The notes: a model not told the origin generated them from the letters alone. A stretch of DNA of 64,000 bases from Gammaproteobacteria bacterium (GCA_004796365.1 QZLE01000189.1:12471-76470), one strand, 5' to 3'. Numbered from the stretch's first letter, positions 1 through 10,843 are shown. Made by a program: numbers and translations.

Positions 1-74
1 TACATTCTTTTTCATGATAACAAAATAATCATGCGACTAATGCAGTATTATTAATGCTGTGAGCATTCTGGGTA

Positions 75-419
75 TCATTCAAAAATAAGCCTGATAAGAT
101 CTCCAATGGTTTTATGTTGCTCTATAGGGTGTCGTAGTGATACGGAGTCGTCAATCTCGTAACGATTGCAGCGACCTTCACGGGTTAGTTTTACATATCC
201 ATCTTTGCTTAAGTCTCGTACTATCTGCTGCACTGTTCTTTCTGTTATGCCAATTATGTTGGCAATATCGCGCATTCTAAGAGAGTTATTATTTGCTAAA
301 CATAGCAAGACATGCGCATGGTTAGTTAAAAAAGTCCAGTGGTGTCCATTCTTGATTCCCGTTTCCTGATTTATGTAGCCTGAAAGCGGGGCAATTTTAG
401 TATCTTTTGTCTGTGGCAT
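75..419 (-). CDS. winged-helix HTH transcriptional regulator (ArsR/MarR-like), divergent from pyc
   Basis: ORF track 75..506(-). HTH/wing segment LRMRDIANIIGITERTVQQIVRDLSKDGYVKL. Start moved to the internal ATG at 419 (MPQTKDT...), because the 29 aa upstream are hydrophobic/low-complexity and run into the divergent promoter region. Family assigned by eye only. Confidence 0.6.
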   Translation of the reverse strand: MPQTKDTKIAPLSGYINQETGIKNGHHWTFLTNHAHVLLCLANNNSLRMRDIANIIGITERTVQQIVRDLSKDGYVKLTREGRCNRYEIDDSVSLRHPIEQHKTIGDLIRLIFE

Positions 420-556
420 AGTCCATTCGCCCAAAAATTCACGAAATAATATACGAAAATAAATTCGTGTGATAATATACGTGAGTTTTTGTTTGCATAC
501 AACCATTTAAATCAAGGAGCCGTATCAAGCTCTTTATCAACAGAATGAGGATATCT

Positions 557-3500
557 ATGAAGATTAGCAAACTGCTGGTAGCCAACAGAAGTGAAATCGC
601 GATACGAGTTTTTCGCGCAGCAAGTGAGCTTGGTATTCGTACCGTCGCAATTTATGCACGTGAAGATAATCTAAGCCTTCACCGTTTTAAGGCGGATGAG
701 AGTTATCTTGTTGGTGATGGTAAAAAACCTATTGATGCATATCTTGATATTGACGATATTATCCGTATTGCAAAAGAAGTTGGGGCTGATGCCATCCACC
801 CAGGTTATGGCTTCCTATCTGAAAATCCGGATTTTGTTGATGCATGTAATGAAGCTGGAATAATATTTATCGGTCCTCACTCTGAAGTTATGCGCAAGCT
901 GGGTAACAAAGTGTCGGCTAGAAAGGCTGCGCAGGAGGCCAATGTGCCTGTTGTTCCAGCAACTGAGGCACTTCCCCAAGATTTTGATGCTGCAGCGAAA
1001 ATGGCTGCAGAAGTCGGTTACCCGCTTATGCTTAAGGCAAGCTGGGGCGGTGGTGGACGTGGTATGCGTGTTGTTGAAGATGAGGCTGCCCTTAAGCCTG
1101 CTATTGAAACTGCAAGGCGCGAGGCCGCTGCTGCCTTTGGTAATGATGAGGTATACCTTGAGAAGCTGGTGCGTCGCGCTCGCCACGTTGAGGTTCAGGT
1201 TCTTGGTGATAAGCATGGTAATCTGGTGCACCTTTTTGAACGTGATTGCTCAGTCCAACGTCGTAACCAAAAGGTTGTTGAGCGTGCTCCGGCCCCATAT
1301 CTTGATGATGATTTACGCCAAGGCCTTTGTGAATCTGCTTTAAGGTTATGCCGAGCTGTAGATTACACTCATGCCGGTACAGTTGAATTCCTTATGGATG
1401 CTGACACCAACGAGTTTTACTTTATCGAGGTTAATCCAAGAATTCAGGTAGAGCATACGGTTACAGAAGAGGTTACTGGTGTTGATTTAGTAAAGGCGCA
1501 GATTCATGTTGCCATGGGTAATAAGATAGGTGAAGAGATTGATGGCGATGACACAATTCTGCCTTCACAGGATAATATTCAGTTACATGGTCATGCACTG
1601 CAGTGTCGTGTTACCACTGAAGATCCTGAAAACAATTTTACCCCTGACTACGGCAAGATTGTTGCTTATCGAAGCCCAGCTGGTTTAGGTATTCGTCTTG
1701 ATGGTGGAACCGCATATTCCGGTGCGGTTATTACCCCGTATTTTGATTCCCTATTGGTTAAGCTTACTACCTGGGGGCAAACAACAGACGAGGCCTCAAT
1801 CAGAATGGATCGCGCCCTGCGTGAATTCCGTATTCGTGGTATTAGTTCTAATCTGTTTTTCCTGGAAAACGTTGTTGCACACCCATTATTTAGAAATGGG
1901 CAATGCACCACACGCTTTATCGATGACACTCCAGAGCTATTTGAGATGCGTGAAAGTCGTGACCGGGCGACAAAGTTACTTAACTTTATTGGTGAAGTTG
2001 TTGTGAACGGTAATCCTGAGATGAAGGGTAGGGAGGCTCCACAGCAGCCAATGGATGCACCTGTTGTGCCTTCATTTGATCTTTCTGTAGATATACCTGA
2101 GGGTTCACGCGATGTATTTAAACAACTCGGTGCTGAAGGTTTTTCTAAGTGGATGAAAGACCAGAAGCAGATACTACTTACCGATACAACCATGCGTGAT
2201 GCGCACCAGTCGCTGTTTGCTACCAGAATGCGTACTGCAGATATGTTGCCGATAGCACCTTATTACAGCCGTCATCTTCCTGAGCTATTCTCAATGGAAT
2301 GCTGGGGTGGTGCTACCTTTGACGTTTCTATGAGATTTCTGAAAGAGGACCCGTGGGACAGGCTAAGACAGCTTCGTGAGGCGTGTCCTAACATTCTATT
2401 CCAGATGCTTCTAAGGGCTTCAAATGCAGTTGGTTATAAAAACTATTCTGATAATGTGGTTAAGTTCTTTACTAAGCAGGCTGCAAAGAACGGTATCGAT
2501 GTATTTCGTGTATTTGATTCATTAAACTGGGTTGAGAATATGCGTGTCGCGATGGATGCGGTTATTGAAAGCGGTGGTATTTGTGAAGGTACCATGTGTT
2601 ACACCAGTGATATATTCGATGCCAAAAGGCCTAAGTATAAGCTGGATTACTATGTAAAAATGGCGCGCGAGTTGGAAAAAGCCGGTGCTCATGTTCTGGG
2701 TATTAAAGATATGGCGGGTATCTGTCGTCCACCTGCAATTAGAGAGTTGGTTAAGGCACTTAAGCAGGAAACAGATCTACCTATTCACTTCCACACTCAT
2801 GACACCAGCGGTGGATCTATCGCAACTGTACTGGCTGCAGTTGAAGCTGGTGCTGATGCAATTGATGGTGCCGTAGACTCTATGAGCGGACTTACATCTC
2901 AGCCAAGCCTTGGTGCACTTGTTGCCGCTCTTGAGAATAGTGAGCGTAATCCAGGATTTACCTATAAAGAGCTGCAGCCAATTTCGCAATATTGGGAAAA
3001 GGTGCGTTCTTATTATAGCCCGTTTGAGCCATCGATTCGTTCTGGCACTTCTGATGTATATCGTCACGAAATGCCGGGTGGACAGTACACCAACTTACGT
3101 GAGCAGGCTCGCTCGATGGGGCTTGATCATCGTTGGTCTGAAATTGCACAGGCTTATGCCGATGTTAATCTGCTATTTGGTGATATCGTTAAGGTTACTC
3201 CATCTTCTAAAGTTGTTGGCGATATGGCGCTTATGATGGTTGCAAACGAGCTTACTCCAGAAGAGGTTGCAGATCCAGATAGAGAGATTCCTTTTCCAGA
3301 GTCAGTAGTGCAGATGTTTAAGGGGGAGATGGGGTATCCGGAAGGTGGCTTCCCCGAAGTAATTCAAAAGAAGATTTTGAAGGGTATCAAGCCGATCGAA
3401 GGAAGGGTTGGTGCATATCTTGAATCTGCGGATTTAGATTCTGAAAGGGCAAAAGTCGAAGAGATTACCGGTGAAAGCGTTAGTGATACAGATCTAGCTT

Positions 3501-4027
3501 CATATCTGATGTATCCAAAGGTGTTTACCGAGTATGCTGAGCACACAGAAAAGTATGGCGATGTTTCAGTACTGCCAACCCCTGTGTTCTTCTATGGTTT
3601 GCCGCAAAATGAGATCACATCATTTGATATTGATAAGGGTAAGAGCCTTATGGTTTCGCTGCATGGTAGGGCAGATCACGATGAAGAAGGCGAAGTTAAG
3701 TTGTTCTTCGAGTTAAATGGTCAGCCGCGAAATGTAAAAGTTACTATGGGTGGGCACGAATCAATGAAAAAGGATCACCCAAAGGCAGAAGATGGTAATC
3801 CTGATCACATAGCAGCACCAATGCTTGGGTCAGTTGTGACCGTATCGGTTAAAACAGGACAGAAGGTTTACAAAGGTGACCCACTTATTTCGTTGGAGGC
3901 AATGAAGATGGAAACGCTTATCAATGCAGAACGTGATGCTTTTGTAAAACAGATATTGGTTAGTAAAGGCACTATGGTAGAAGCAAAGGACTTGCTGATC
4001 TTGTTAAGTGATTCCAAGCCAGAGTAA
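557..4027 (+). CDS. pyc: pyruvate carboxylase, single-chain (biotin carboxylase + carboxyltransferase + biotinyl domain)
   Basis: ORF 545..4027. N-terminal ATP-grasp biotin carboxylase (KLLVANRSEIAIRVFRAA, GGGGRGMR), central carboxyltransferase (HFHTHDTSG), C-terminal biotinylation motif EAMKME. ATG 557 is preferred because GAGG lies 6 nt upstream and it gives the usual MK..KLLVANR N-terminus. ATG 545 is the alternative. Confidence 0.95.
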   Translation: MKISKLLVANRSEIAIRVFRAASELGIRTVAIYAREDNLSLHRFKADESYLVGDGKKPIDAYLDIDDIIRIAKEVGADAIHPGYGFLSENPDFVDACNEAGIIFIGPHSEVMRKLGNKVSARKAAQEANVPVVPATEALPQDFDAAAKMAAEVGYPLMLKASWGGGGRGMRVVEDEAALKPAIETARREAAAAFGNDEVYLEKLVRRARHVEVQVLGDKHGNLVHLFERDCSVQRRNQKVVERAPAPYLDDDLRQGLCESALRLCRAVDYTHAGTVEFLMDADTNEFYFIEVNPRIQVEHTVTEEVTGVDLVKAQIHVAMGNKIGEEIDGDDTILPSQDNIQLHGHALQCRVTTEDPENNFTPDYGKIVAYRSPAGLGIRLDGGTAYSGAVITPYFDSLLVKLTTWGQTTDEASIRMDRALREFRIRGISSNLFFLENVVAHPLFRNGQCTTRFIDDTPELFEMRESRDRATKLLNFIGEVVVNGNPEMKGREAPQQPMDAPVVPSFDLSVDIPEGSRDVFKQLGAEGFSKWMKDQKQILLTDTTMRDAHQSLFATRMRTADMLPIAPYYSRHLPELFSMECWGGATFDVSMRFLKEDPWDRLRQLREACPNILFQMLLRASNAVGYKNYSDNVVKFFTKQAAKNGIDVFRVFDSLNWVENMRVAMDAVIESGGICEGTMCYTSDIFDAKRPKYKLDYYVKMARELEKAGAHVLGIKDMAGICRPPAIRELVKALKQETDLPIHFHTHDTSGGSIATVLAAVEAGADAIDGAVDSMSGLTSQPSLGALVAALENSERNPGFTYKELQPISQYWEKVRSYYSPFEPSIRSGTSDVYRHEMPGGQYTNLREQARSMGLDHRWSEIAQAYADVNLLFGDIVKVTPSSKVVGDMALMMVANELTPEEVADPDREIPFPESVVQMFKGEMGYPEGGFPEVIQKKILKGIKPIEGRVGAYLESADLDSERAKVEEITGESVSDTDLASYLMYPKVFTEYAEHTEKYGDVSVLPTPVFFYGLPQNEITSFDIDKGKSLMVSLHGRADHDEEGEVKLFFELNGQPRNVKVTMGGHESMKKDHPKAEDGNPDHIAAPMLGSVVTVSVKTGQKVYKGDPLISLEAMKMETLINAERDAFVKQILVSKGTMVEAKDLLILLSDSKPE

Positions 4028-4066
4028 AATCAAAAGGCAATATCATTCCCGCAAAGTTGGGACAAT

Positions 4067-4098
4067 ATATAGGGGCAATTCATCAATTGCCCCTATAT
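4067..4098 (+). terminator. perfect 14-bp stem hairpin downstream of pyc (terminator-like, no clear T-run)
   Basis: ATATAGGGGCAATT (4067-4080), loop catc, AATTGCCCCTATAT (4085-4098). Lies 40 nt after the pyc stop. Confidence 0.45.
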
Positions 4099-4225
4099 AC
4101 ATTATAATCTACTCCTATCTACATATTTTTTGCCAAACCCTTCAACTTCTTGAATTTTGAACTATATTTCTTTTAGGAATTTACTATCTTTGTTATATGG
4201 ACGTTAACAGCCTTTGGAGCCAGTT

Positions 4226-6043
4226 ATGAAGTTAAATATTCGCATGAAGTTTATGATCCCTATTGTTTCAATGCTGGTGATTAGCTATGCCATTTCTACT
4301 GCAATAACATATTTTCAGTCTGAGGCAATTCTAGAACATCAGATTCAGGATCAAATTAACCAAATTTCTGATGGGCAAAAGAGGCTCATTGATTCATGGT
4401 TGAAAGAGAGAATTTCCACCGTAGAAAATTACACGCGTACCAAACTTGTGCAAAATTCAATGGATGATGTGCAAGGTATTCTCGCGCGTGAAGAGTTGTC
4501 TATAAATATGGCTAACTCTCAGGGAAATTCTGATTATGTTGAGCTCTTTGGTCTGATTGATCCAAACGGTGAAATTATTGCCAGCTCTAATGAAAAGGCG
4601 ATTGGAAAAATTAATATTGCTGATCGTCCATATTTTAAAAAGGCGATGTCTGGTGAAACTACTATCTCTAAGGCCTTGATTAGCCGCAGTAGCGGCCTGC
4701 CATCTTTTGTTGTTGCTGCTCCGGTTTATTTAAATGGCTCCATGGAGGTCAGCGGAGTTGTTATATCAACAATTTCTATTGGTCAGTTTGCTAAGAATTT
4801 TATTGATCCGGTTAAAGTCGGTGAAAGTGGCTATGTTTATATGACACAAGATGATGGCTTATTTTTAGCGCATCCTAATCCAGATATGATAATGAAGAAA
4901 AATCTTGATGAATATGATTTTGGGCCACAAATATTAGCGCTTGGAGATGGGTATTTAGCATATGAATTCGGTGGCAGAAATAGAGAGGTATCATTTAGAA
5001 CATCTGCTGTTGCTGGGTGGATAGTGGCAGCTGGCGCAGATCAGGATGAATTGCTCGCCCCTGTTGTCACACTAAGAAACAAGATAATTGTTTTAGCGAT
5101 TATTATTGTCTTAGTTGGTATAGGTGTTGTTTTTGTGATTTCTAACGCAATAACCAAGCCAATAAAATACGCAGCTGAGATCTCAGCTCAAGTTGCTGAT
5201 GGTGATCTTTCTGTGAATGTTGATATACCTACAAATGATGAGGTTGGCGATTTGCTTCAGGCTATGAAAGAGCAGATCGGTAAACTTTCATCTGTAGTTT
5301 ATTCAGTAAAAGAAGTTGCAGTAAATGTTACTCAAGGCAATGAACAGCTAAGTAATGGTGTGCAGGATCTTTCCAGCGGTGCTTCAGAACAGGCAGCCAG
5401 CGTTGAAGAAACTTCTGCTGCCCTTGAGCAATCAAGCGCAACCATTGAACAAAATCTTGAGAATGCCAAGAAAACTGATGATATTGCTGGGAAAACAGCA
5501 GCTCTTGCTGAAGAAGGCGGTGGTGCTGTAAGGCAAACAGAAGAGGCAATGAAAACAATCGCTGAAAAAATTGGGGTAATCGAAGACATAGCTTATCAGA
5601 CAAATCTTCTTGCCTTGAATGCTGCTATTGAGGCTGCAAGAGCAGGTGACAAAGGTCGTGGATTTGCTGTAGTTGCATCTGAAGTAAGAAAGCTTGCTGC
5701 ACGAAGTGAAAATGCAGCGGGTGAGATTAGTCAGCTTTCTAAGAACAGCGTAATTGTTGCTGAATCAGCGCGTAGCCAGATTGATGATATTGTTCCTATG
5801 ATTCACCAAACAGCGGAATTGGTGCAGGAAATTGCAAGCGCAAGCCAGGAGCAGGCTAATGGCATTAGCCAAATCACCGAGGCAGTCTCTCAGCTTGACA
5901 AGGTTACACAGAGTAATGCTGCGCTTTCTGAGGAGCTTGCATCAACAGCTGAAGAGATTAATGCGCAGGCAGAACTACTGAATGATGAGATGAGCTTCTT
6001 CCAGCTTTGTGATTCTCTTTCGGAAGAGGAATATGAGGAATAA
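4226..6043 (+). CDS. methyl-accepting chemotaxis protein with periplasmic dCache-like sensor, HAMP, short-class signalling domain
   Basis: ORF 4214..6043. ATG 4226 is preceded by GGAG. TM1 ([20 protein letters not shown]) is followed by a Cache-like region ([16 protein letters not shown]..., [19 protein letters not shown]), then TM2 and HAMP. Hairpin motif [36 protein letters not shown]. Confidence 0.9.
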   Translation: MKLNIRMKFMIPIVSMLVISYAISTAITYFQSEAILEHQIQDQINQISDGQKRLIDSWLKERISTVENYTRTKLVQNSMDDVQGILAREELSINMANSQGNSDYVELFGLIDPNGEIIASSNEKAIGKINIADRPYFKKAMSGETTISKALISRSSGLPSFVVAAPVYLNGSMEVSGVVISTISIGQFAKNFIDPVKVGESGYVYMTQDDGLFLAHPNPDMIMKKNLDEYDFGPQILALGDGYLAYEFGGRNREVSFRTSAVAGWIVAAGADQDELLAPVVTLRNKIIVLAIIIVLVGIGVVFVISNAITKPIKYAAEISAQVADGDLSVNVDIPTNDEVGDLLQAMKEQIGKLSSVVYSVKEVAVNVTQGNEQLSNGVQDLSSGASEQAASVEETSAALEQSSATIEQNLENAKKTDDIAGKTAALAEEGGGAVRQTEEAMKTIAEKIGVIEDIAYQTNLLALNAAIEAARAGDKGRGFAVVASEVRKLAARSENAAGEISQLSKNSVIVAESARSQIDDIVPMIHQTAELVQEIASASQEQANGISQITEAVSQLDKVTQSNAALSEELASTAEEINAQAELLNDEMSFFQLCDSLSEEEYEE

Positions 6044-6065
6044 ATATCATAAAGTGACATAGTAA

Positions 6066-6095
6066 TAAAAAATCCCGCATTTTGCGGGATTTTTT
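6066..6095. terminator. bidirectional rho-independent terminator between convergent MCP and pabB-like genes
   Basis: aaaaaATCCCGCAtttTGCGGGATttttt: 8-bp GC-rich stem (6072-6079 / 6083-6090) flanked by an A-run and a T-run. Confidence 0.85.
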
Positions 6096-6096
6096 A

Positions 6097-7479
6097 TTAG
6101 CTTAGCGCATTTAAAAATGCAGATGACTTTGTCAGCATTTCTTCATACTCGTTCTCAGGGATAGAATCCGATACTATGCCGCCGCCAGCCCAATAATATA
6201 TGGTGTTGTTCTTTGTGATAGCGGTTCTTATGGCAATATTGGTATTCATATAGCCGTTAAAACTAATGTAGCCAATGGCACCGCAATAAACCCCACGTCT
6301 TTGCTTTTCTAACTCTTCAATAATTTGCATAGACCTTATTTTTGGGGCACCGGTGATAGATCCACCGGGAAAGCAGTTTTTGATAACATCAATAGCAGTA
6401 AATTGTTCATTCAGTGTTCCAGAAATGGTGCTTACCAGATGGTGAATATGTTCAAAACTTTCAACATCAAATAGTTTTTCCACTTTTATTGATCCGGGGT
6501 TGCAAACCTTGCCTAGGTCGTTGCGTAATAGGTCGACGATCATAAGGTTTTCAGCCTGATTCTTATCGCAATTGGCAAGTTCTGAAGCTCTGATATTGTC
6601 CTGTTCATCACAATCGCTTCTTTTAGCAGTACCCTTAATTGGTTTGGTTACAACCTTAAGGTTATTAAGACTAACAAATTGCTCGGGAGAACTGCTTAGA
6701 ATAGTAAAATCAATGGTTTTTAAATATGCTGAAAATGGAGCAGGGTTTTGCTTGCGTAGAATTTTGTATAGCTCCCATTCTGAACCTAAGTAATGCGCAG
6801 CAATTCTCTGGGTGAAGTTAACCTGATAGCAGTCGCCATCGTAGATATAGTTTTTAATTAAGTTGACACCTTGGAGGTATTCTTCTTTACTGCAGTTCCA
6901 GCGGGGTTGATCAACTGTATTATAATCACTTATTACAGATGGAATAATATTTTTGCTGCTATTACAGATAGATGTAATTTCGGCAATGAGTTTATATATG
7001 TATTCGGTTTTGGTTTTGCTGACAAAAAAGGTTTGTTTTTGTTTGTGGTCAACAACAATCGCCCAGTTATATATTCCAAACTCCATGTCAGGGATTTGAA
7101 GGTCATCGGCAATTAAGCTTGGAATATCTTCAAGGGTGCGCCCAAGGTCATATGAAAAATAGCCAATGGCTCCACCGTAAAATGGAAGAGAAGGGAGACT
7201 TTGGTCAATTTTTACTATGTTTCCCAGCTCTTGTTGCAGAATCGTAAATCCGTCATCTGTAGTTTCGCATGATCCATTCTTAAATCTTATGGTGATCTGG
7301 CCATCTTTGGCTGTTATCCACTTCTCAGGAGATGCGGAAATGATATCGTAGCACCCCGACTCAATCGTATCAGCGCAGCTATCTAAATAGACAGGGAAGG
7401 GCTTAGATTTGATAGTCTCGAAATATACGGTGCTATTTTTACAGTACGGTAGCTGTCTTACAATCAATGGTTTATCCAA
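6097..7479 (-). CDS. pabB: aminodeoxychorismate synthase component I (chorismate-utilising enzyme family; anthranilate synthase I not excluded)
   Basis: 460 aa. C-terminal chorismate-binding motifs (SPEQFV, PGGSITGAPKIRSMQIIEELE, RGVYCGAIGY). Size fits PabB (about 450 aa) better than TrpE, and no trpG/trpD is adjacent. Starts 3 nt downstream of the ispG stop, so probably an operon. Confidence 0.7.
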   Translation of the reverse strand: MDKPLIVRQLPYCKNSTVYFETIKSKPFPVYLDSCADTIESGCYDIISASPEKWITAKDGQITIRFKNGSCETTDDGFTILQQELGNIVKIDQSLPSLPFYGGAIGYFSYDLGRTLEDIPSLIADDLQIPDMEFGIYNWAIVVDHKQKQTFFVSKTKTEYIYKLIAEITSICNSSKNIIPSVISDYNTVDQPRWNCSKEEYLQGVNLIKNYIYDGDCYQVNFTQRIAAHYLGSEWELYKILRKQNPAPFSAYLKTIDFTILSSSPEQFVSLNNLKVVTKPIKGTAKRSDCDEQDNIRASELANCDKNQAENLMIVDLLRNDLGKVCNPGSIKVEKLFDVESFEHIHHLVSTISGTLNEQFTAIDVIKNCFPGGSITGAPKIRSMQIIEELEKQRRGVYCGAIGYISFNGYMNTNIAIRTAITKNNTIYYWAGGGIVSDSIPENEYEEMLTKSSAFLNALS

Positions 7480-7482
7480 TTG

Positions 7483-8703
7483 CTAGTTGCCACTGAATCT
7501 ATTCGCGATATAGGCTTCGATCATATCAAGAAACTCCTGCTTGATATTGCTGCCCTTTAAGGTTTTAGTTTTTTGACCGTCGATATACACTGGGGCTGCT
7601 TCAGTTTCACCGGCGCCAGGAAGGCTAATACCAATATCAGCATGCTTGCTTTCTCCAGGACCGTTGACGATACATCCCATAACGGCAATAGAAATGTTTT
7701 CAGAACCTGGATACTTAATACGCCAATCTGGGGATCGAATGCGAATGAAGGTTTGTACCTGATCGGCAAGCTCGAGATAGGCTGTGCTGTCAGTTCTGCC
7801 ACAACCTGGGCATGATGTAACCTGAGGTGAAAATGCTCTTAAATCCATTGATTGTAGAATTTCCTGGGCAACTAGAACCTCTTCCGTTCTGTCTCCTCCA
7901 GGAGGCGGGGTTAACGATACACGTATGGTATCGCCAATACCTTGCTGCAGAATGATGCTTAGTGCAGCTGTTGACGCAACAGTACCCTTAATTCCCATGC
8001 CTGCCTCGGTCAAGCCAAGGTGTAGAGCGTGATTAGATTGTGAAGCCAGATCCTCATAAACTTCCATAAGGTCCTGCACATGGCTCATTTTGCAGGAAAG
8101 AATAATTGAGCTTGCTGGCAAGCCAATGCTTTCGGCAAATCTGGCACTTTCAGTTGCAGACCTTACAACCGCCTTCTTCATAACTGCTTTATTGTCAGTT
8201 GGTTTGGCTATTTTAGAGTTTTCATCAAGCATCCTGGCCAGCAGATCTTGGTCAAGGCTGCCCCAGTTAACACCGATTCTAACTGCCTTATTATATTTGC
8301 ATGCGATTTCAATCATGGAGGCGAATTGAGTATCGTGTTTGTCTCCACGGCCAACATTACCAGGGTTAATTCTGTATTTAGCAAGGACTTGAGCACATTC
8401 TGGATTGTCAGCAAGGAGTTTGTGGCCGTTAAAATGAAAGTCGCCAATAAGTGGTACATTAATCCCTTGAGCAATTAGCCTATCATTGATAATGGGAATG
8501 GCTCTTGCTGCTTTGTCTGTATTGACGGTTAGTCTTACCAATTCAGATCCGGCTCGTGCTAAATCTGCCACCTGTTTAGTTGTGGCTTTGATATCATCAG
8601 TTGGGGTATTGGTCATAGACTGAACCACTACAGGATTCTGCCCACCTATAACAACATCTCCAACCTTAACTTCGGTACGGACTTTTCGTTGGTAATTGGT
8701 CAT
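7483..8703 (-). CDS. ispG: 4-hydroxy-3-methylbut-2-en-1-yl diphosphate synthase (MEP pathway)
   Basis: 406 aa. [25 protein letters not shown], and the Fe-S cysteines SCPGCGRT plus GCIVNGPGE. Confidence 0.95.
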   Translation of the reverse strand: MTNYQRKVRTEVKVGDVVIGGQNPVVVQSMTNTPTDDIKATTKQVADLARAGSELVRLTVNTDKAARAIPIINDRLIAQGINVPLIGDFHFNGHKLLADNPECAQVLAKYRINPGNVGRGDKHDTQFASMIEIACKYNKAVRIGVNWGSLDQDLLARMLDENSKIAKPTDNKAVMKKAVVRSATESARFAESIGLPASSIILSCKMSHVQDLMEVYEDLASQSNHALHLGLTEAGMGIKGTVASTAALSIILQQGIGDTIRVSLTPPPGGDRTEEVLVAQEILQSMDLRAFSPQVTSCPGCGRTDSTAYLELADQVQTFIRIRSPDWRIKYPGSENISIAVMGCIVNGPGESKHADIGISLPGAGETEAAPVYIDGQKTKTLKGSNIKQEFLDMIEAYIANRFSGN

Positions 8704-8779
8704 GGGTGACTTTGCTCTTGCTGCTTAAGTTTGAATCGGCTATTTTAGCTTAAATATTGATTTATGTAATGGATAAAAA

Positions 8780-9247
8780 ATGAATAATAGGACTTTGCCT
8801 TGCGCTGTTTTACTGTTGGTTATTACTCTAGTTGGCACTTCTTGCACCAGTACTAAAGCTAAACAAGATATCGCCTGTACTAAAAAGATTCTATCAGTTA
8901 TTGAAATCTCTAAGAATGCAACTGTGGCTTATGATCAAGGTGATTATGAATTAGCTGAGAAGTTATATAAAGACGTTGTGAATGCTGATCCAGACAACTT
9001 GAGAGCCTTATATAAACTGGGTAATATCTACTCTAATACTGAAAGACCAATAGCAGCAATAAATGCATATCACAAAGTACTTGAATTTAATCCGGAGCAT
9101 AAACTCGCAAGGCATAATCTTGGTGTTGTCTATTTGGAGCAGTCGCAGAAATATCTGCAATATAGCAGGGGCAGTTCAGAAGTATTCGAGGATGTGTTAA
9201 CCAGCGAGCTGAAAAAATATCTGCAGCAGTTGCTGGAGCAGATGTAA
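8780..9247 (+). CDS. TPR-repeat protein with lipoprotein-type signal peptide
   Basis: N-terminal hydrophobic signal ending LVGTSC (lipobox-like). TPR-like repeats (GDYELAEKLYKDVVNADPDN, ALYKLGNIY, AINAYHKVLEFNPEH). Confidence 0.7.
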   Translation: MNNRTLPCAVLLLVITLVGTSCTSTKAKQDIACTKKILSVIEISKNATVAYDQGDYELAEKLYKDVVNADPDNLRALYKLGNIYSNTERPIAAINAYHKVLEFNPEHKLARHNLGVVYLEQSQKYLQYSRGSSEVFEDVLTSELKKYLQQLLEQM

Positions 9248-9361
9248 CCAGTATTTTGTTCTAATATTCATACCACTTATAGCACCTATAACAGTCATCG
9301 GGTTTTTATACTCATTTTAATCCATTATAGTTCTTAGTAATTAATAACTAAGGAGGTTGTG

Positions 9362-9904
9362 ATGGATTTTGATATCTGTAAGGGGATGATATTTCAAGGC
9401 AATCATATGCAAAGTGGCCACTACATTGCTTATTACTCCTGGGATGAGCACCCTTTTGAAGTGGAGCAGATTAAGGAGTTATGGGTATTTGCTCCTGATG
9501 GTAAACGAATCTGTTATTTTGATCCTACTGAGCATAAAGAATGGTTTCCAGTTTACCATGATTTTGATGCCGTTATAGGCGCTAGAATTTCACAATCCTG
9601 GCAGGACGAAAATAGCCTTTATATTTCTGCTGAATGTGATGATGGAGCAAATATAGTTATTAATATTGATGTTGCAACCTGGCATAAATGGGAAGGGGAT
9701 CCCTTCGAAGGTAAAACAGAAACTGATAAACGGTATCGAAATATTCCAGATCAGCTTGGCATTTGTGGGCCTGTAAATATTTGTATAAATGGCGATGATC
9801 TCGGTGATACTGTAAAACCAAATGAACCGATATTTTTAGGCAGTGCCCCTGTGCCGGATCAGTCGATTATTAATAGATGTATTATGGAGCTGGAGCCCCA
9901 GTAG
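9362..9904 (+). CDS. hypothetical cytoplasmic protein, no family recognised
   Basis: ORF 9359..9904. AGGAGG at 9350-9355 favours ATG 9362. No signal peptide or TM helix and no motif I can name. Confidence 0.55.
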   Translation: MDFDICKGMIFQGNHMQSGHYIAYYSWDEHPFEVEQIKELWVFAPDGKRICYFDPTEHKEWFPVYHDFDAVIGARISQSWQDENSLYISAECDDGANIVINIDVATWHKWEGDPFEGKTETDKRYRNIPDQLGICGPVNICINGDDLGDTVKPNEPIFLGSAPVPDQSIINRCIMELEPQ

Positions 9905-10108
9905 GAATAAAAAATTGCGCAACTGTGTCAATTTCGACTTAAAATGGCTCAATAAACTCATGTGCTAATCTAACATTTGCAGTTTAAGTAAGAGTTAAAT
10001 TAGCTTTATTATCATATGTTATGACTGTAAATGGTAGTGCATGACTTAGATCAATATGGTAAATTTAGAGCCTATTCAAATCGCAATTTTTCTAGAGGGA
10101 GTTTTGAT

Positions 10109-10549
10109 ATGGGTGTTAAATTAAATGTTCCAATGGTAACTCAGCAACGCCAAATGTCTTGTTGGTATGCTTCTGCATGCATGGTTGCTTATTTTCGCCA
10201 AGCTGGCCCAAGACTTGGTCTTCCTGAAAAATGGAAAGCTAATAATGGAATTAGAATTTCTGATTTTATTAAGCTTGCTCAGGCTGAAGGGCTTAAGTCA
10301 GTTAAATCTCCTGCAACTGCCTTAACCGACCAACAATTAGAAGTTATTTTACGCAACTGTGGTCCGGTTTGGTGTGCAGGTATGTGGGATGGATTGCCGC
10401 ATATTGTTGTTTTGACGGGTGTTGAAAATGGTAAAGTATTTATAAATGATCCAAGCCCATCCAAGAGAGAAAGAGAAGAGACTTTGGCTTGGTTTAATCA
10501 AAAGCTCTGCAACAACATTCAGGGCTGCATGATGTATCAACCAAGGTAA
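10109..10549 (+). CDS. papain-fold cysteine peptidase, C39/C70-like stand-alone domain
   Basis: ORF 10031..10549. ATG 10109 is preceded by GAGGGAG. Putative Gln-Cys...His...Asp arrangement: VTQQRQMSCWYASACM (Q, C), GLPHIVVL (H), FINDP (D). No signal peptide. Confidence 0.65.
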   Translation: MGVKLNVPMVTQQRQMSCWYASACMVAYFRQAGPRLGLPEKWKANNGIRISDFIKLAQAEGLKSVKSPATALTDQQLEVILRNCGPVWCAGMWDGLPHIVVLTGVENGKVFINDPSPSKREREETLAWFNQKLCNNIQGCMMYQPR

Positions 10550-10564
10550 CGGTTTATTAATTAT

Positions 10565-10599
10565 GTTGTGATTGCCCAATTAAATTGGGCAATCACAAC
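10565..10599. terminator. 17-bp perfect inverted repeat between convergent genes
   Basis: GTTGTGATTGCCCAATT (10565-10581), a, AATTGGGCAATCACAAC (10583-10599). Lies between the peptidase stop (10549) and the thioredoxin-like gene stop (10601). Confidence 0.7.
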
Positions 10600-10600
10600 A

Positions 10601-10834
10601 TTACGTACCAATAATTCCTTTTAATTCTTCGACTCCTGGGACCTTATTAGAAAATTTGATATCGCCATCAATACCAAAGGCAGGGGTAAGCATAATTCCA
10701 GCATCCATAATTTTTTCCATTTCGGTTACTTTTTCAATTTCACATTTTACTCCAAGCTCAGAAACGGCCTTGTGAGTGTTATCGTAAAGTTCGTTACATT
10801 TTTTGCACCCAGCGCCGTAGATTGAAATTTTCAT
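10601..10834 (-). CDS. small thioredoxin-fold redox-active disulfide protein
   Basis: 77 aa, MKISIYGAGCKKCNELY with a CxxC motif. This family typically accompanies ArsP/COG0701-type permeases. Starts 9 nt downstream of the permease gene. Confidence 0.8.
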   Translation of the reverse strand: MKISIYGAGCKKCNELYDNTHKAVSELGVKCEIEKVTEMEKIMDAGIMLTPAFGIDGDIKFSNKVPGVEELKGIIGT

Positions 10835-10843
10835 AGGTACTCC

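Noticed and set aside
1-74. Possible start of a minus-strand gene (CAT at 13-15) running off the left edge
   Set aside because: Only five codons are visible, which is not enough evidence to call a feature.
815-3716. Many 60-175 aa ORFs inside and antisense to pyc (for example 815..1231-, 942..1343+, 1666..2193-, 2910..3236+)
   Set aside because: They lie entirely within a 1156-aa gene with unmistakable pyruvate carboxylase homology. Their translations are low-complexity with no motifs, so they are shadow ORFs of a long coding region.
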